Assembly: GCA_964291235.2 (NCBI GenBank)
Contig: OZ219816.1
Span: forward strand, 1,696,001 to 1,760,000
DNA: 64,000 nt
Reading direction: 5' to 3'
Source: Vicinamibacteria bacterium
GTDB taxonomy: Bacteria; Acidobacteriota; Vicinamibacteria; Marinacidobacterales; Marinacidobacteraceae
Numbering within the stretch: position 1 is the first letter of the stretch; every line of letters begins with the position of its first letter. The notes under the pieces are model-generated. The model did no database searches and had not been told where the DNA came from. It saw only the letters and a list, made by a program, of their open reading frames with translations. A program made the position numbers and the translations under genes. Below are positions 20,767 through 32,300 of the stretch, in pieces.

Positions 20767-20929
20767 GGGCCGGCCCTCCTGGAGGTTCGGGAAGCGCTCC
20801 TCGGGGGCCGACAACGGTGCTGGACGCCGCCGGCCGCAACTCGCCCCGAACTCGGGAGTCGATTTGGCGGCGGGTGAGTCTCAAGAACCAGTCCCTTCCC
20901 AGCGAAGAGGTTTTTCGAGGTTCGGGCTC

Positions 20930-21160
20930 CGGGCAGGTCTCCTGACTTACGGACGGACGCTTCGAGCCTGGTGGCGGGAGGCGTCCACCCTTCCCACCTT
21001 CCCCCCGGCGGTTGCCGGGAGTGGCCGCGGTCCGTCGTAAACGTTGGGACCGCCCGGGTCGGGCATTCCGATCACAGTGGCGTGGGCCGTCCGGGAATGG
21101 CACCCGGTTCCCTCTTCGTCCGACCGGGCGGCGAACCGCCCAACCGAAAACCTGAAGCCG
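20930..21160 (-). ncRNA. Cobalamin (AdoCbl) riboswitch
   Basis: Minus strand shows AAGAGGGAACCGGGTGCCATTCCCGGACGGCCCACGCCACTGTG...GCCACT...GGGAAGG...AAGTCAGGAGACCTGCC (B12 box); ends approximate. Confidence 0.93.
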
Positions 21161-21207
21161 CGCGTTGGAAGCCGGCGACCATATCAGCCTGTGCCCTGCC
21201 GGAAGGT

Positions 21208-22402
21208 ATGTTTTGCGCGGCCGTGCTCCCGCCCCCCCGAAAACTCTCGCTGACCGACCTGGATCTGCGTGGCCGCCAGCTCCTCCTGCGGGCCGACCTG
21301 AACGCGCCGCTGGCCGGCGGGAGGGTAGCGGACGACAGCCGTCTCCGGGCGTCCCTGCCCGCCCTGCAGGCGGCCCGCCACCGGGGCGCGTCGGTGGTCG
21401 TGACCTCACACCTCGGCCGGCCCCGCGGAAAACCCGACCCCGCCTTCAGTCTCCGGCCGGTCGCCGCCCGGCTTCGGGAACTGTTGGAGGCGCCGGTGCG
21501 CTTTCAGGCGACGCCGGTGGGTTACGGAGAACCGCCGCCCCGCCTCGTGCCCGGTGAAGTCCTCCTCCTCGAGAATCTCCGCTTCCACCCGGGCGAAACC
21601 GGGAACGCACCCGAATTCGCGGCGGCGCTCGCCGCCTGCGGGGACGAGTACGTGAACGACGCGTTCGGGGCCGCCCATCGCGCCCACGCCTCGGTGGACA
21701 CCTGCGCGCGGCGCTTCCCGCGCGCCGCCGCGGGCCCCCTCATGGAAGCGGAGCTCGGCGCGCTCGGTCTGGCCCTCGACTCTCCCCCCCGCCCCTTCGT
21801 GGCGATCCTCGGCGGCGCCAAGGTTTCCGACAAGCTCCCGGTCATCCTCTCACTGCTTCGCGAGGCCGACCGCGTCCTGATCGGGGGGGCGATGGCGTAC
21901 ACCTTCCTGGCCGCCCAGGGACTTCCGACCGGCCGCTCGCTCGTGGAACCCGACCGGACCGCCGAGGCCGAAAGGCTGCTCCGCGAGCATACCGACCGCC
22001 TGGTGCTCCCCACCGATCACCTGACGGCGCCGTCCCCGGACCGAAGTCCCGTTCGCGAGGGCCCGATCGGTGAGGTCCAGGCCGACTGGATGGGGCTCGA
22101 TATCGGTCCTGTCTCGCGCACCACCTTCGCCGCCGCGATCGCCGGGGCGGCGACCATCGTCTGGAACGGACCCATGGGGCTCTTCGAGAACCCGCGCTTC
22201 GCGGAGGGGACGAAAGCGGTGGCGGTGGCGGTCGCCGAGGCCACCCGCAAGGGCGCGACGAGTATCGTGGGCGGCGGAGATTCGCTGGCCGCGGTACGGC
22301 GCGCCGGAGTCGCGGACCGCATCAGCCACCTTTCGACCGGCGGGGGCGCTTCGCTCGCCTTTCTCGCCGGGCGACCGCTTCCGGGGGTGGAGGCCCTCAC
22401 CA

Positions 22403-22410
<8 letters not shown>
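21208..22410 (+). CDS. pgk: Phosphoglycerate kinase
   Basis: RADLNAP, SHLGRP, LLENLRF, VNDAFGAAHRAHAS, GGAKVSDK, WNGPMG, STGGGASL; start is ATG 21208 or GTG 21223. Confidence 0.96.
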
Positions 22411-23173
<763 letters not shown>

Positions 23174-23267
23174 CGCCGGCTGACCGGCGGACGAGGCGTC
23201 AGGGCCGTCGCGCCTCCCGGAAACTTCTCCCGATCAGCGCCTTGCCCCGAACCGGAATTCCAACGCC

Positions 23268-23681
23268 ATGACCATTCTCCTCACTATCGTCCACATCCTC
23301 ATCTGCCTGTTCCTCATCCTCGTGGTGCTGACCCAGCAGGGCAAGGGCCAGGATCTCGCCAGCGCCTTCGGCGGCGCGGGCAGCCAGGCAGCCTTCGGGG
23401 CGCGGGGCACCGCGACCCTGCTGACCAAGGTGACGGCGGTGGTCGCCGGCACCTTCATGGTCACCTCGCTGCTCCTCGGGTACGTGCAGGACGATCCGGA
23501 GTCCCAGACGGTGGTGACCGCACCGGGCGTCGCGATCCCGGTTCCGGACGCTGCGACTCCGGCGGCGGACGAGATGGCGCCGGCCGACTCCGAAGCCGCG
23601 GAAGAGCCCGAGAATCCCGACGGTTCCGAATCCGGCGAAGGAACCGGCGAGCCCGAACCCGAGGGGCCGGCGGGCTTCTGA
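23268..23681 (+). CDS. secG: Preprotein translocase subunit SecG
   Basis: LILVVLTQQGKGQDLASAFGGAGSQAAFGARG...LLTKVT; conserved tpiA-secG-tRNA-Leu order. Confidence 0.95.
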   Translation: MTILLTIVHILICLFLILVVLTQQGKGQDLASAFGGAGSQAAFGARGTATLLTKVTAVVAGTFMVTSLLLGYVQDDPESQTVVTAPGVAIPVPDAATPAADEMAPADSEAAEEPENPDGSESGEGTGEPEPEGPAGF

Positions 23682-23758
23682 TTCCGACGGGGCCCGTCCC
23701 GGAGCCGGCCCCTATAATTCCGCGTCCGGCAGTTGCAGATCTGCCGGTCCTCACCGCT

Positions 23759-23844
23759 GCCGAAGTGGTGGAATGGTAGACACGTGCGCTTGAGGGGCGT
23801 ATGGGAGTTATCCCGTGGGGGTTCGAGTCCCCCCTTCGGCACCA
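23759..23844 (+). tRNA. tRNA-Leu(GAG)
   Basis: GCCGAAGTGGTGGAATGGTAGACACGTGCGCTTGAGGGGCGTATGGGAGTTATCCCGTGGGGGTTCGAGTCCCCCCTTCGGCACCA; long variable arm. Confidence 0.96.
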
Positions 23845-23847
23845 GGT

Positions 23848-23936
23848 CGGGCGGCGTGGAGACGGGGCGCACGCGGAGCGCGAGAAAGACGGAGTCGAAG
23901 GCGCGATGTGAGTGCGCCCCGTCTCCACGCCGCTCG
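23848..23936. repeat. Long inverted repeat (REP doublet/REPIN-like) immediately after tRNA-Leu
   Basis: 25-bp arms CGGGCGGCGTGGAGACGGGGCGCAC (23848-23872) and GTGCGCCCCGTCTCCACGCCGCTCG (23912-23936), one mismatch. Confidence 0.8.
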
Positions 23937-24013
23937 GCGCTGCGCGCCGAGAACCGGAACTTCCTCGCGCGCTCCCGCGCGCTTCGGCAAGTCCCGGTTC
24001 CTGGTTTCTTCTT

Positions 24014-24045
24014 GTGAAAGGGGGAGCGCCCCCTTTCACACTTTC
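24014..24045. terminator. GC hairpin, possible intrinsic terminator or REP
   Basis: GTGAAAGGGGG-AGCG-CCCCCTTTCAC followed by ACTTT. Confidence 0.4.
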
Positions 24046-24148
24046 CCCCCGGAACTCGTAAGCACCGAACCAGAGGTTCGGTCCCATCTTGTTTTGTGTG
24101 CATTCGCAGCGCGTTTCGCTGCTCAGCCGCACACCTCACGCCGGCACG

Positions 24149-24726
24149 GGAGTCCCCACCAGGAGAACTGAGCCGGCCTCTCGGCCGGGACCGCAAGGGA
24201 ACGCCGATCTCCAGATCGGCACAGCCCCGCCGGAGGCGGGGCGGCGGGACGGACCCTCCCAAGCACAGACGGCGGGCGACCGCAACGGAGCCCCACCGGG
24301 AAAACTGGGCCGGCCTCTCGGCCGGGACCGCAAGGGAACGCCGATCTCCAGATCGGCACAGCCCCGCCGGAGGCGGGGCGGCGGGACGGACCCTCCCAAG
24401 CACAGACGGCGGGCGACCGCAACGGAGTCCCCACCAGGAGAACTGAGCCGGCCTCTCCCGGGACGCAAGGGAACGCCGATCTCCAGATCGGCACAGCCCC
24501 GCCGGAGGCGGGGCGGCGGGACGGACCCTCCCAAGCACAGACGGCGGGCGACCGCAACGGAGTCCCCACCAGGAGAACTGAGCCGGCCTCTCGGCCGGGA
24601 CCGCAAGGGAACGTCGATCTCCAGATCGGCACAGCCCCGCCGGAGGCGGGGCGACGGGACGGACCCTCCCAAGCACAGACGGCGGGCGACCGCAACGGAG
24701 CCCCCACCGGGAAAACTGGGCCGGCC
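24149..24726. repeat. Tandem array of ~135-138-bp palindrome-rich units (BIME/REP-like), 4 full copies plus 1 partial
   Basis: Units start at 24149, 24287, 24424, 24559 and 24697; each full unit has GCCGATCTCCAGATCGGC (one variant), GCCCCGCCGGAGGCGGGGC and GGGACGGACCCTCCC hairpins. Confidence 0.93.
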
Positions 24727-24808
24727 TTCAAACCAGTACAGCCCGACGGAACGGACGCCGGCCGCGCTCGTTACAACGTCTGCGGGATGGTTCGGGGTGA
24801 GGGGCCCA

Positions 24809-25876
24809 ATGCGCGCGATCCTGCTTGCCGGCCTGCTGGCCGCCGCGACCTTGGGAATGGGATGGGGGTGCTCTTCCTCCCCGGCGCGGCATCCTCCCCG
24901 TCCCGGCGATCCGAGTTCTCCGGAGGCCGCCTGCCGCGTCGGCTATACGACCAGCACCTACCTGTTCCGGTTGATGCTGGATCAGTGTGGCGAAGAGCGG
25001 GTGAACATCGTCGCCATCGGCGACTCCTGGTTTTCCTTCGCCGACGGGAACCTGCTGGTCTCCCTACGGCTGGCAATGGATCGTTCGCGGGCGCGGCCCG
25101 TCACCAACCTCCTGAACCTGGCCCGGCCGGGCAATGATGCGAACACGGCGGTGTCCGGCGTGATCAAGAGGGACTTCGCGGATGTGTTGCGATATCGGGA
25201 CTACGAGATCCGCTTTCTCCTGATCTCCGGGGGCGGAAATGACGTCCTGGGCCGCAACGACCTGGACCGGCTCCTGCGGAACGCGCTGCCGACGGCGAAC
25301 CCGTCCGCGCCCGCGACCTACTTCGACCAGCCGACCCTTGACCGGAAGCTGGAAGGCATCAGGGTGGCCTACGAGGAGATCCTGGACATGCGGGAGACCT
25401 GGGCGCCGGAGGCGATCGTGGTCACCCACACGTACGCGCGAGTCAAGCCGAGCGGCAGGCCCGCCAGCCTGGAGATTGCCTCCTTCGATGTGGAAGTGGA
25501 CGGTCCCTGGATCGCCCCGTTTCTGGAAGAAAAGGGGATCGTGGACGAGCGGATTCAGCAGGACGTGATGGATTAGCTGCTGGAACAGGTCAACGGGACC
25601 ATTCGAAACACCCTGTCGTCCCACCGCGGCGGACGTGCTCCCATCGTCATCGTGGACACGCGCAACGTCAGTCCACCGCTCGAGCCCGGCAACACGGAGC
25701 ACTGGCAGGACGAGATCCACCCAACGCCGATGGGCTTCGACATCCTCGGACAACAAGTCATCCGCTGCATGCAGCTCGTTTCCCCATATTTCCTGAGGGA
25801 TTTCCGGCCGCACCACGGGGATCCGCGGTTGTGCCTCGAGATCCGGCCGGATGCCCTCCCGGCCCCGCGCGGGTAG
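24809..25876 (+). pseudogene. SGNH/GDSL-like lipoprotein hydrolase interrupted by an in-frame TAG (25574-25576)
   Basis: Lipobox GWGC, GDSWFS, SGGGNDVLG, THTY; the frame continues after the TAG to WQDEIHPT (catalytic DxxH). Confidence 0.75.
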
Positions 25877-26546
25877 TCGAGCGATCTCGAGGAGCGCCGG
25901 CCAAGAGCGCCGCTCGCAGCAGGTGGTGCGGGGTGCCGTCGGCGTCCTCGACCCGGTCGAGCGTCAATCCGCCGAACCCGAGTTCAGTAACCCACTCCCG
26001 GACCTCCGGACTCCCGGCGTCCACCGGCGCGTCTTCGCCCGCTTCCCGATGGAACCGGGTGTGCTGGTGATCCTCGGGAAAATCCTCATCCACCAGCACC
26101 AGTCGGCCTCCGGGAGCGAGCACCCGGCGCACCTCGGCGAGGCCCCGCCGCGGATCCTCCCAGTGATGGAAGGCGTTGATCGAGATCACCAGGGTCGCCC
26201 AACCGTCCGGGACCGGTAGCCGCTCCGCGGCGCCGCGGCGCACCCTGACCGCGCCGCGCCGCCCGAGCGCGCGCAGCGCCGTGGCCGCCCGGAAGGGCCA
26301 GGCCGGATCCACCCCGACGACCTGCACTCCCGGCGTGCTGGCGGCGGCGAGCGCCACCGATTCGCCCGGCCCGCAGCCGATGTCCACCACCCGGTCTCCG
26401 GAGCGGACCTCGGCCCGCTCGATCACCATCCGGTTCCTGGGCTCCCGGTAGTGCCGGATCACGTAGCCGATCGCGGCCGTGGTCCGAAACCCCTTCCACC
26501 AGGGGCGTTTCGCACCATGGCCGTGGTGATGGCGGTGGTGCGGCAC
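25758..26546 (-). CDS. Class I SAM-dependent methyltransferase (His-rich N-terminus)
   Basis: VVDIGCGPG, VGVDP, AERLPVPD, NAFHHWEDPRRGLAEVRRVLAPGG. Confidence 0.85.
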   Translation of the reverse strand: MPHHRHHHGHGAKRPWWKGFRTTAAIGYVIRHYREPRNRMVIERAEVRSGDRVVDIGCGPGESVALAAASTPGVQVVGVDPAWPFRAATALRALGRRGAVRVRRGAAERLPVPDGWATLVISINAFHHWEDPRRGLAEVRRVLAPGGRLVLVDEDFPEDHQHTRFHREAGEDAPVDAGSPEVREWVTELGFGGLTLDRVEDADGTPHHLLRAALLAGAPRDRSTTRAGPGGHPAGSRGTTADPRGAAGNPSGNMGKRAACSG

Positions 26547-26603
26547 GACAGAAAACCGTACCAGCGACGGTGAATTTGGTCGCGGGCGCCGAGCCTGCGT
26601 CGT

Positions 26604-27455
26604 TTATTCCGGGCTGTCGAGAACCCCGTGGCGGGCGACCCGCCAGACCTTGGCTTCGTCCGCGGTCGTCACCCGCTCCACGGCGCTCTCCTTGTGCTCG
26701 TAGTCGGCGTCGAACTCGAACACGACGTAGTCGCCCGGAGGGGCGCCCGGTAGCGTGATCGTGGGTGTCGCGCTCCGGAAGGCGCGAGAACGCACGGTTC
26801 CGAGCAGTGAACGCGCCTCCTGGTACGCCGCCACGAACTCGTCCCGCGTCACGTTCTCCTTGAGAAGGCTCGATGCCATGTCATATGCCTCCGCGTAGTT
26901 CCCGGCGTCGATCAGCGAGAGCCACTCATCGACCGTCACCCGCGCGCCGGCGGTGTCCGACTGCATGCCGCCTTCCGGTTCCGGGGGATCGAGAACCCAG
27001 TGGCCGGCGACCCGGCTGACCCCGGCTTCCCGCGCGGTCGTAACGCGCTCCACGGCATTCTCCTTCCGCTCATAGTCGGCGTCGAACTCGAACACGACGT
27101 AGTCGCCGCGAGCGGCGCCCGGCAGCGTAGTGGCGGGCATTGCGCTCCGGAAGACGCGAGAACGCACGGTTCCGAGCACCGAACGTGCCTCCTGGTACGT
27201 GCTCACAAACTCGTCCCGCGTCACGTTCTCCTTGAGAATGTCCGATGCCGTGTCATACGCCTCCGCGTAGTTCCCGGCATCGATCAGCGAAAACCACGCA
27301 TCGACCGCCTCCCGCGCGACGGCTGTGGTGTCCGGTGGCGTGTCGACAGACGGCCCGGTATCGGTTGTCGGCGCCACCGGGTTCTCGCCGCCGTCACCAC
27401 ACGCCGCGAGTCCGAAGACCGCAACGGCCATCAGCATCGTTCGCGAGTGCGGCAC
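26604..27455 (-). CDS. Lipoprotein with two tandem DUF4019-like domains
   Basis: Lipobox LAAC; duplicated W.SLIDAGNYAEAYD.AS..LKENVTRDEF...LPGA..GDYVVFEFDADYE.KE.AVERVTT; start uncertain (27455 or 27437). Confidence 0.78.
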   Translation of the reverse strand: MPHSRTMLMAVAVFGLAACGDGGENPVAPTTDTGPSVDTPPDTTAVAREAVDAWFSLIDAGNYAEAYDTASDILKENVTRDEFVSTYQEARSVLGTVRSRVFRSAMPATTLPGAARGDYVVFEFDADYERKENAVERVTTAREAGVSRVAGHWVLDPPEPEGGMQSDTAGARVTVDEWLSLIDAGNYAEAYDMASSLLKENVTRDEFVAAYQEARSLLGTVRSRAFRSATPTITLPGAPPGDYVVFEFDADYEHKESAVERVTTADEAKVWRVARHGVLDSPE

Positions 27456-27517
27456 GATCACAACCGTAGCAGCTGGGTACCGGTGAGCGCCCCGCAACGC
27501 TCCGGTATCTTTGCCCC

Positions 27518-28429
27518 ATGACCCAGACCGCCGCCTCCGCCACCGGGCTCGTGTACCGCGAGTCGTTCCTGCGCCACAACATCCGCCGCGGCCACCCCGA
27601 GTCGCCGACCCGACTCGTGAAGATCCGGGAGGCGCTCGAGGCCGCCGGGCTCTTCCCCACCCTGGTCCCGGTCGAGAACTGGCCGGATGCCCTGCCCTAC
27701 CTGATGGGTCACCACACCCGCGAGCACGTGGACCGGATCCGGCGCATCCCCACCACCGGCGAGATCGCCGAACTCGCCGTGGCCGGGGCGCTGGGCGCCG
27801 TGCGGGAGGTCTCCGCGGGCCGGCTCCGGAACGCTTTTTGCGCCATCCGCCCTCCCGGACACCACGCGAACAACAGCGGGGCCGAAGAGGGCTTTTGCTT
27901 CTACTCGAACGCCGCGGTCGCCGCCCGTTACGCCCAGCAGGCCTGCGGCCACCAGAAGGTGCTGATCGTGGACTGGGACTACCACCACGGAAACGCCACC
28001 CAGAACGCCTTCTACGAGGATCCCTCCGTCCTCTTCTTCTCGACCCACAACTGGTACGACTATCCGGGCACCGGAGATCCGTCGCTCGGCGGCGCCCGCG
28101 ACGGCAGTGGAACCAATCTGAACGTGCACCTCGGGCCCGGCGCCACCGACCGGGACATGCTCTCGGCCTGGGACCGGACGCTCCTTCCCGCCGTCGAGAC
28201 GTTCCGTCCCGACTTCGTGATCATCTCCGCCGGCTTCGACAGCCGGAAGGAGGATCTGCTCGGCTCTTTCGAGTGCACCGACGACGTCTTCTCGCGCATG
28301 ACCCAGACCCTCATGGACGTCGCCGACCACTACTGCGGCGGCCGGGTGGTGTCGCTGCTCGAAGGCGGCTACAACGTGGACGGACAGGCGCGCGCCGCCG
28401 CCGCGCACGTGAGCACCCTCACCGCCTGA
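27518..28429 (+). CDS. Histone deacetylase-family (AcuC/AphA-like) Zn hydrolase
   Basis: HPESPTR, RPPGHHA, GFCFYSNAA, DWDYHHGNATQ, SAGFDS, LEGGY. Confidence 0.95.
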   Translation: MTQTAASATGLVYRESFLRHNIRRGHPESPTRLVKIREALEAAGLFPTLVPVENWPDALPYLMGHHTREHVDRIRRIPTTGEIAELAVAGALGAVREVSAGRLRNAFCAIRPPGHHANNSGAEEGFCFYSNAAVAARYAQQACGHQKVLIVDWDYHHGNATQNAFYEDPSVLFFSTHNWYDYPGTGDPSLGGARDGSGTNLNVHLGPGATDRDMLSAWDRTLLPAVETFRPDFVIISAGFDSRKEDLLGSFECTDDVFSRMTQTLMDVADHYCGGRVVSLLEGGYNVDGQARAAAAHVSTLTA

Positions 28430-28462
28430 CCGCGCCCCATCCGCGCTCGCCCGGGCGCCCCG

Positions 28463-29290
28463 TCAGCGGAAATAGAGCGAGTGATCGACGGGGAAGATCT
28501 CCGCCGCCGGCCGCGCGATGGCCGAAGTCAGGCCCGAACTCCGCCGCGTGCGCCCCGCCGCATCCTGAAAGCCCGGGCCGGAGACCCGCTCGTCACAGGC
28601 GAGGCACGGATTCAGGTTCCCATGTTCGTCCGTGTTCGGCGCGCTCATCCGGTTCGTAAGCAGGTTCCAGAAGCCGTAGTACTCGATGCAGGGCGCCGCG
28701 CAATGGCGCCTGGTGTGGAGCGCGTTGTCGGCCCAGGTCTCGGCGCAGCGCTCCCCGAAGCCGATCTCTTCTATGAAACAGGCCTTCACGCTGCCGGCGG
28801 TCAGCCTCCGGGCGCAGTCCCGGGCCGGAGACGTCAGGTCCGGTTGCGCCAGGTACACCGCCAGATCGCCGAGGGAGGAACAGGTGCCGCAGTGGCGGCG
28901 ATGGGTGACCACGTAGCCGGCCGCAACAGCGCTCTCGCGGTCAGGGAAGGTCTCGAGTCGGTAGTCCACCCGCTCTGGGTTGACGAACCGGACCCCGCAT
29001 ACCTCGGTCTTCCCGGGCAGAGAGGAGAACCGGCGCGGTACCGACTCTCCCCGGTCGAAGGCGGACCCGCCGTCATCGAGGCCCAACCGCCGGTAGATCT
29101 CCTCGCCGTTCAGCAGGTTCGTCTGCCGCAGGCGCTCGACCAGGACGCCGATCCCCGGAGGGTGGGCCGGAAGCGCACGCTGGTCTGCGGGCGTCCCGGG
29201 ATCCGGATCCACCGTCGGCCCGGCCAGCCACAGCCCCAGCAGCGCCGCTCCGCCAAGCCCGAGCGCCGCGATCCCGGTCCGCTTCGACAC
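28463..29290 (-). CDS. Secreted or membrane-anchored Cys-rich hypothetical protein
   Basis: N-terminal TM/signal; THRRHCGTCSSLGDLAVYL, CAETWADN, HCAAPCI, LNPCLACDERVSGPGF, GRTRRSSG. Confidence 0.72.
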   Translation of the reverse strand: MSKRTGIAALGLGGAALLGLWLAGPTVDPDPGTPADQRALPAHPPGIGVLVERLRQTNLLNGEEIYRRLGLDDGGSAFDRGESVPRRFSSLPGKTEVCGVRFVNPERVDYRLETFPDRESAVAAGYVVTHRRHCGTCSSLGDLAVYLAQPDLTSPARDCARRLTAGSVKACFIEEIGFGERCAETWADNALHTRRHCAAPCIEYYGFWNLLTNRMSAPNTDEHGNLNPCLACDERVSGPGFQDAAGRTRRSSGLTSAIARPAAEIFPVDHSLYFR

Positions 29291-29390
29291 GCTTGCAATT
29301 ACCCTTCAACTTGAAATCATGCCCGACGCGGCCACCGCGGCGCGCCGGCCCGCGTCCCGGTAACGACGTCCCGCCGAAGGAGACCTCCGC

Positions 29391-32300
29391 ATGCTCCAGA
29401 GTCCGCTCACCCGCTTCGCCCCCACAGGCGGCCTGCTCGCCGCCGGCCTGCTCACCGCCGGCCTGCTCGCCGCCCCGACAGCGGCCGCCCAGGAATCCCC
29501 GGCCGTCACCGAGAGCCTCCTCTCCGGCCTGAAACTCCGTGGCATCGGCCCCGCGGCCCGTTCGGGGCGAGTGGCCGACGTGACGATCGACCCCAACGAC
29601 CGGGCGACCTGGTACGTCGCGGTCGCTTCCGGAAATGCCTTCAAGACTACGAATCGGGGCACCACCTGGGAGCCCATCTTCGAGAACTACCCGGTGTACT
29701 CGACGTCCACCATCGTGATCGATCCGGAGAACTCGAACGTGCTGTGGCTCGGCAGCGGCGAGAACAACGGCCAGCGCTCGGCGGGCTACGGCAACGGGGT
29801 GTACCGGAGCCGCGACGCCGGGGCCTCCTTCCAGCACCTCGGACTCGACGAGTCGGAGCACATCGGCAAGATCGTGATCGACCCGCGCGACGGCGACACC
29901 GTCTATGTCGCCTCGCAGGGGCCGCTCTGGCGAGCCGGCGGGGATCGCGGGCTCTACAAGACGACCGACGGCGGCGCCACCTGGGACCGGGTGCTCCACA
30001 TCTCGGAGGACACCGGCATCAGCGACGTGCTCCTCGACCCGCGGAACCCGGACATCGTGTACGCCGCGTCCTGGCAGCGGCGGCGGCACACGGGACTCCT
30101 GGTGGCGGGCGGTCCCGAGGGCGGCATCCACAAATCGGAGGACGGCGGGGCCACCTGGCGGAAGCTCTCGAAGGGCCTCCCCTCCCCCGACCGGCACGAC
30201 ATCGGCCGGATCGGGCTGGCGCTCGCGCCCCAGGACCCGGACGTCGTTTACGCCCTGATCGCCGCCTCCGACGACGCGAGCGGCTTCTACCGCTCCACGG
30301 ACCGCGGCGAGAGCTGGGAAAAGCGCAGCGACTACATCTGCGTGGATCCGCAGTACTACATGGAGATCTTCCCGGACCCGCACCGTCCGGGACGGATCTA
30401 CTCGATGGACGTCTGGGTCCAGATCACCGACGACGACGGGAAGACCTGGCGCGATCTCAACAGCCGCTGGAAGCACGTGGACAACCACGACCTGGAGTTC
30501 GATCCCGGCGACCCGGATTACCTGATGGTGAGTTCCGACGGCGGCATCTACGAGAGCTGGGATCTCGGGGAGCGCTGGAAGTTCCATGCGAACCAGTCGC
30601 TCACCCAGTTCTACCGGGTGGGAATCGACAACGACTTCCCCTTCTACAACGTCTATGGCGGCACCCAGGACAACGCCACCCTCGGCGGTCCCTCGCGGAC
30701 GATCAACATCCACGGCATCCGCAACAGCGACTGGCTGGACGTCATCGGCGGCGACGGCTTCCAGGCGCGGGTGGACCCCGACGATCCCAACATCATCTAC
30801 GCCCAGTACCAGTACGCCGGGATCGCCCGCTTCGACAAGCGCACCGGCGAACGGATGGAGATCCAGCCGCAGCCCGAGCCGGACGATCCGCCGCTCAAGT
30901 GGAACTGGGACGCCCCGCTCATCATCTCGCCGCATGACGGCCAGCGCCTCTACTTCGGCGCCAACCGGCTCTATCGGAGCGACGACCGGGCGAACACCTG
31001 GGTCCCGATCAGCGAGGACCTCACGCGCGGGATCAACCGCGCCGAACGGACCGTCATGGGCCGCACCTGGAGCACGGACGCGGTCTGGCGGAACGTCTTC
31101 ACCTCCACCTACGGGAACATGGTGGCGCTCGACGAGTCCCCGCTGGTGGAGGGATTGCTCTACACCGGCATGGACGACGGCCGCGTGCAGATCAGCGGCG
31201 ACGGAGGACTCGAATGGCGCGCTGTGGACGCCGTCCCCGGGGTGCCTCCGCGCACCTACGTGGCGGACCTCCACGCTTCCCGTCACCGGGAAAACACGGT
31301 GTACGCCGTCTTCAACAACCACAAGGAAGGCGACTTCAAGCCCTACGTGATGCGGAGCGACGACCGGGGCGTCACCTGGGAGGACATCACCGGCGACCTG
31401 CCGGAGGACCAGCTCGCCTGGACGGTGGTCGAGGATCCGGGACAGGAGGGTCTGCTCTTCCTCGGTACGGAGTTCGGCCTCTTCGTGACGCTCGACGGCG
31501 GGGATCGGTGGGTCCGGCTGAAAGGCGGCCTGCCGACCATCGCGATCCGGGATCTGGAGATCCAGGCGCGGGAGAACGACCTCGTCGCCGCCTCCTTCGG
31601 CCGCGGCTTCTTCATTCTCGACGACTACACGCCCCTCCGGCGCCTCTCGGTGGACGCACTGGCAGCCGAAGGCACGGTGTTTCCGGTCAAGGACCCGTGG
31701 ATGTACGTGGAGGCGAACCCGCTCGGCGGCGGCGAGAAGTCGCAGCGCGGCGACGCCTTCTACACCGCGCCGAACCCGCCGTTCGGGGCGGTGGTGACCT
31801 ACCACCTGAGGGAGAGCGTCCGGAGCCTCCGCGAAGCGCGCCGCGAGCGCGAACGCGCCCTGGCCGCCGCCGGGGAGGCACTCCTCTACCCCGCCTGGGA
31901 CGAGCTGCGCGCCGAAGACCGGGCCGAGGATCCGGCGGTCTTCGTGGTCATCCGGGACTCCGGCGGCGAGGTCGTGCGCCGCATCCCGGCGCCCGGAACC
32001 GCCGGAATCCACCGGGTGGCGTGGGATCTGCGGTATCCGGACCCCGAGCGGGGCCCCATCGGCCCCTGGTCGCAGCGCGCCGGGCCACTCGCGATGCCGG
32101 CGACCTACACCGCGGAACTCGTCCGGCGCGACGAAAACGGCGCGACCCGTCTCGGCGAGCCGCAGGCCTTCACCCCCAAGGTGCTCGCGGCAGCCGGCGT
32201 ACCGCCGGTGGACGTGGAGGCCCGCCACGCCTTCCAGCGCGAGGTGGCGGATCTCCAGCGCCGGGTCTTCGGGGCGGTGTCGGCGCTCCGCGCGTCCATC

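Noticed and set aside
24149-24726. Possible CRISPR array
   Set aside because: Whole ~137-bp units are near-identical with no unique spacers, and there are no cas genes; it is a REP/BIME-like tandem repeat
25574-25576. Pyrrolysine codon
   Set aside because: No pyl genes in the window and the position is not catalytic; nonsense mutation or error is simpler
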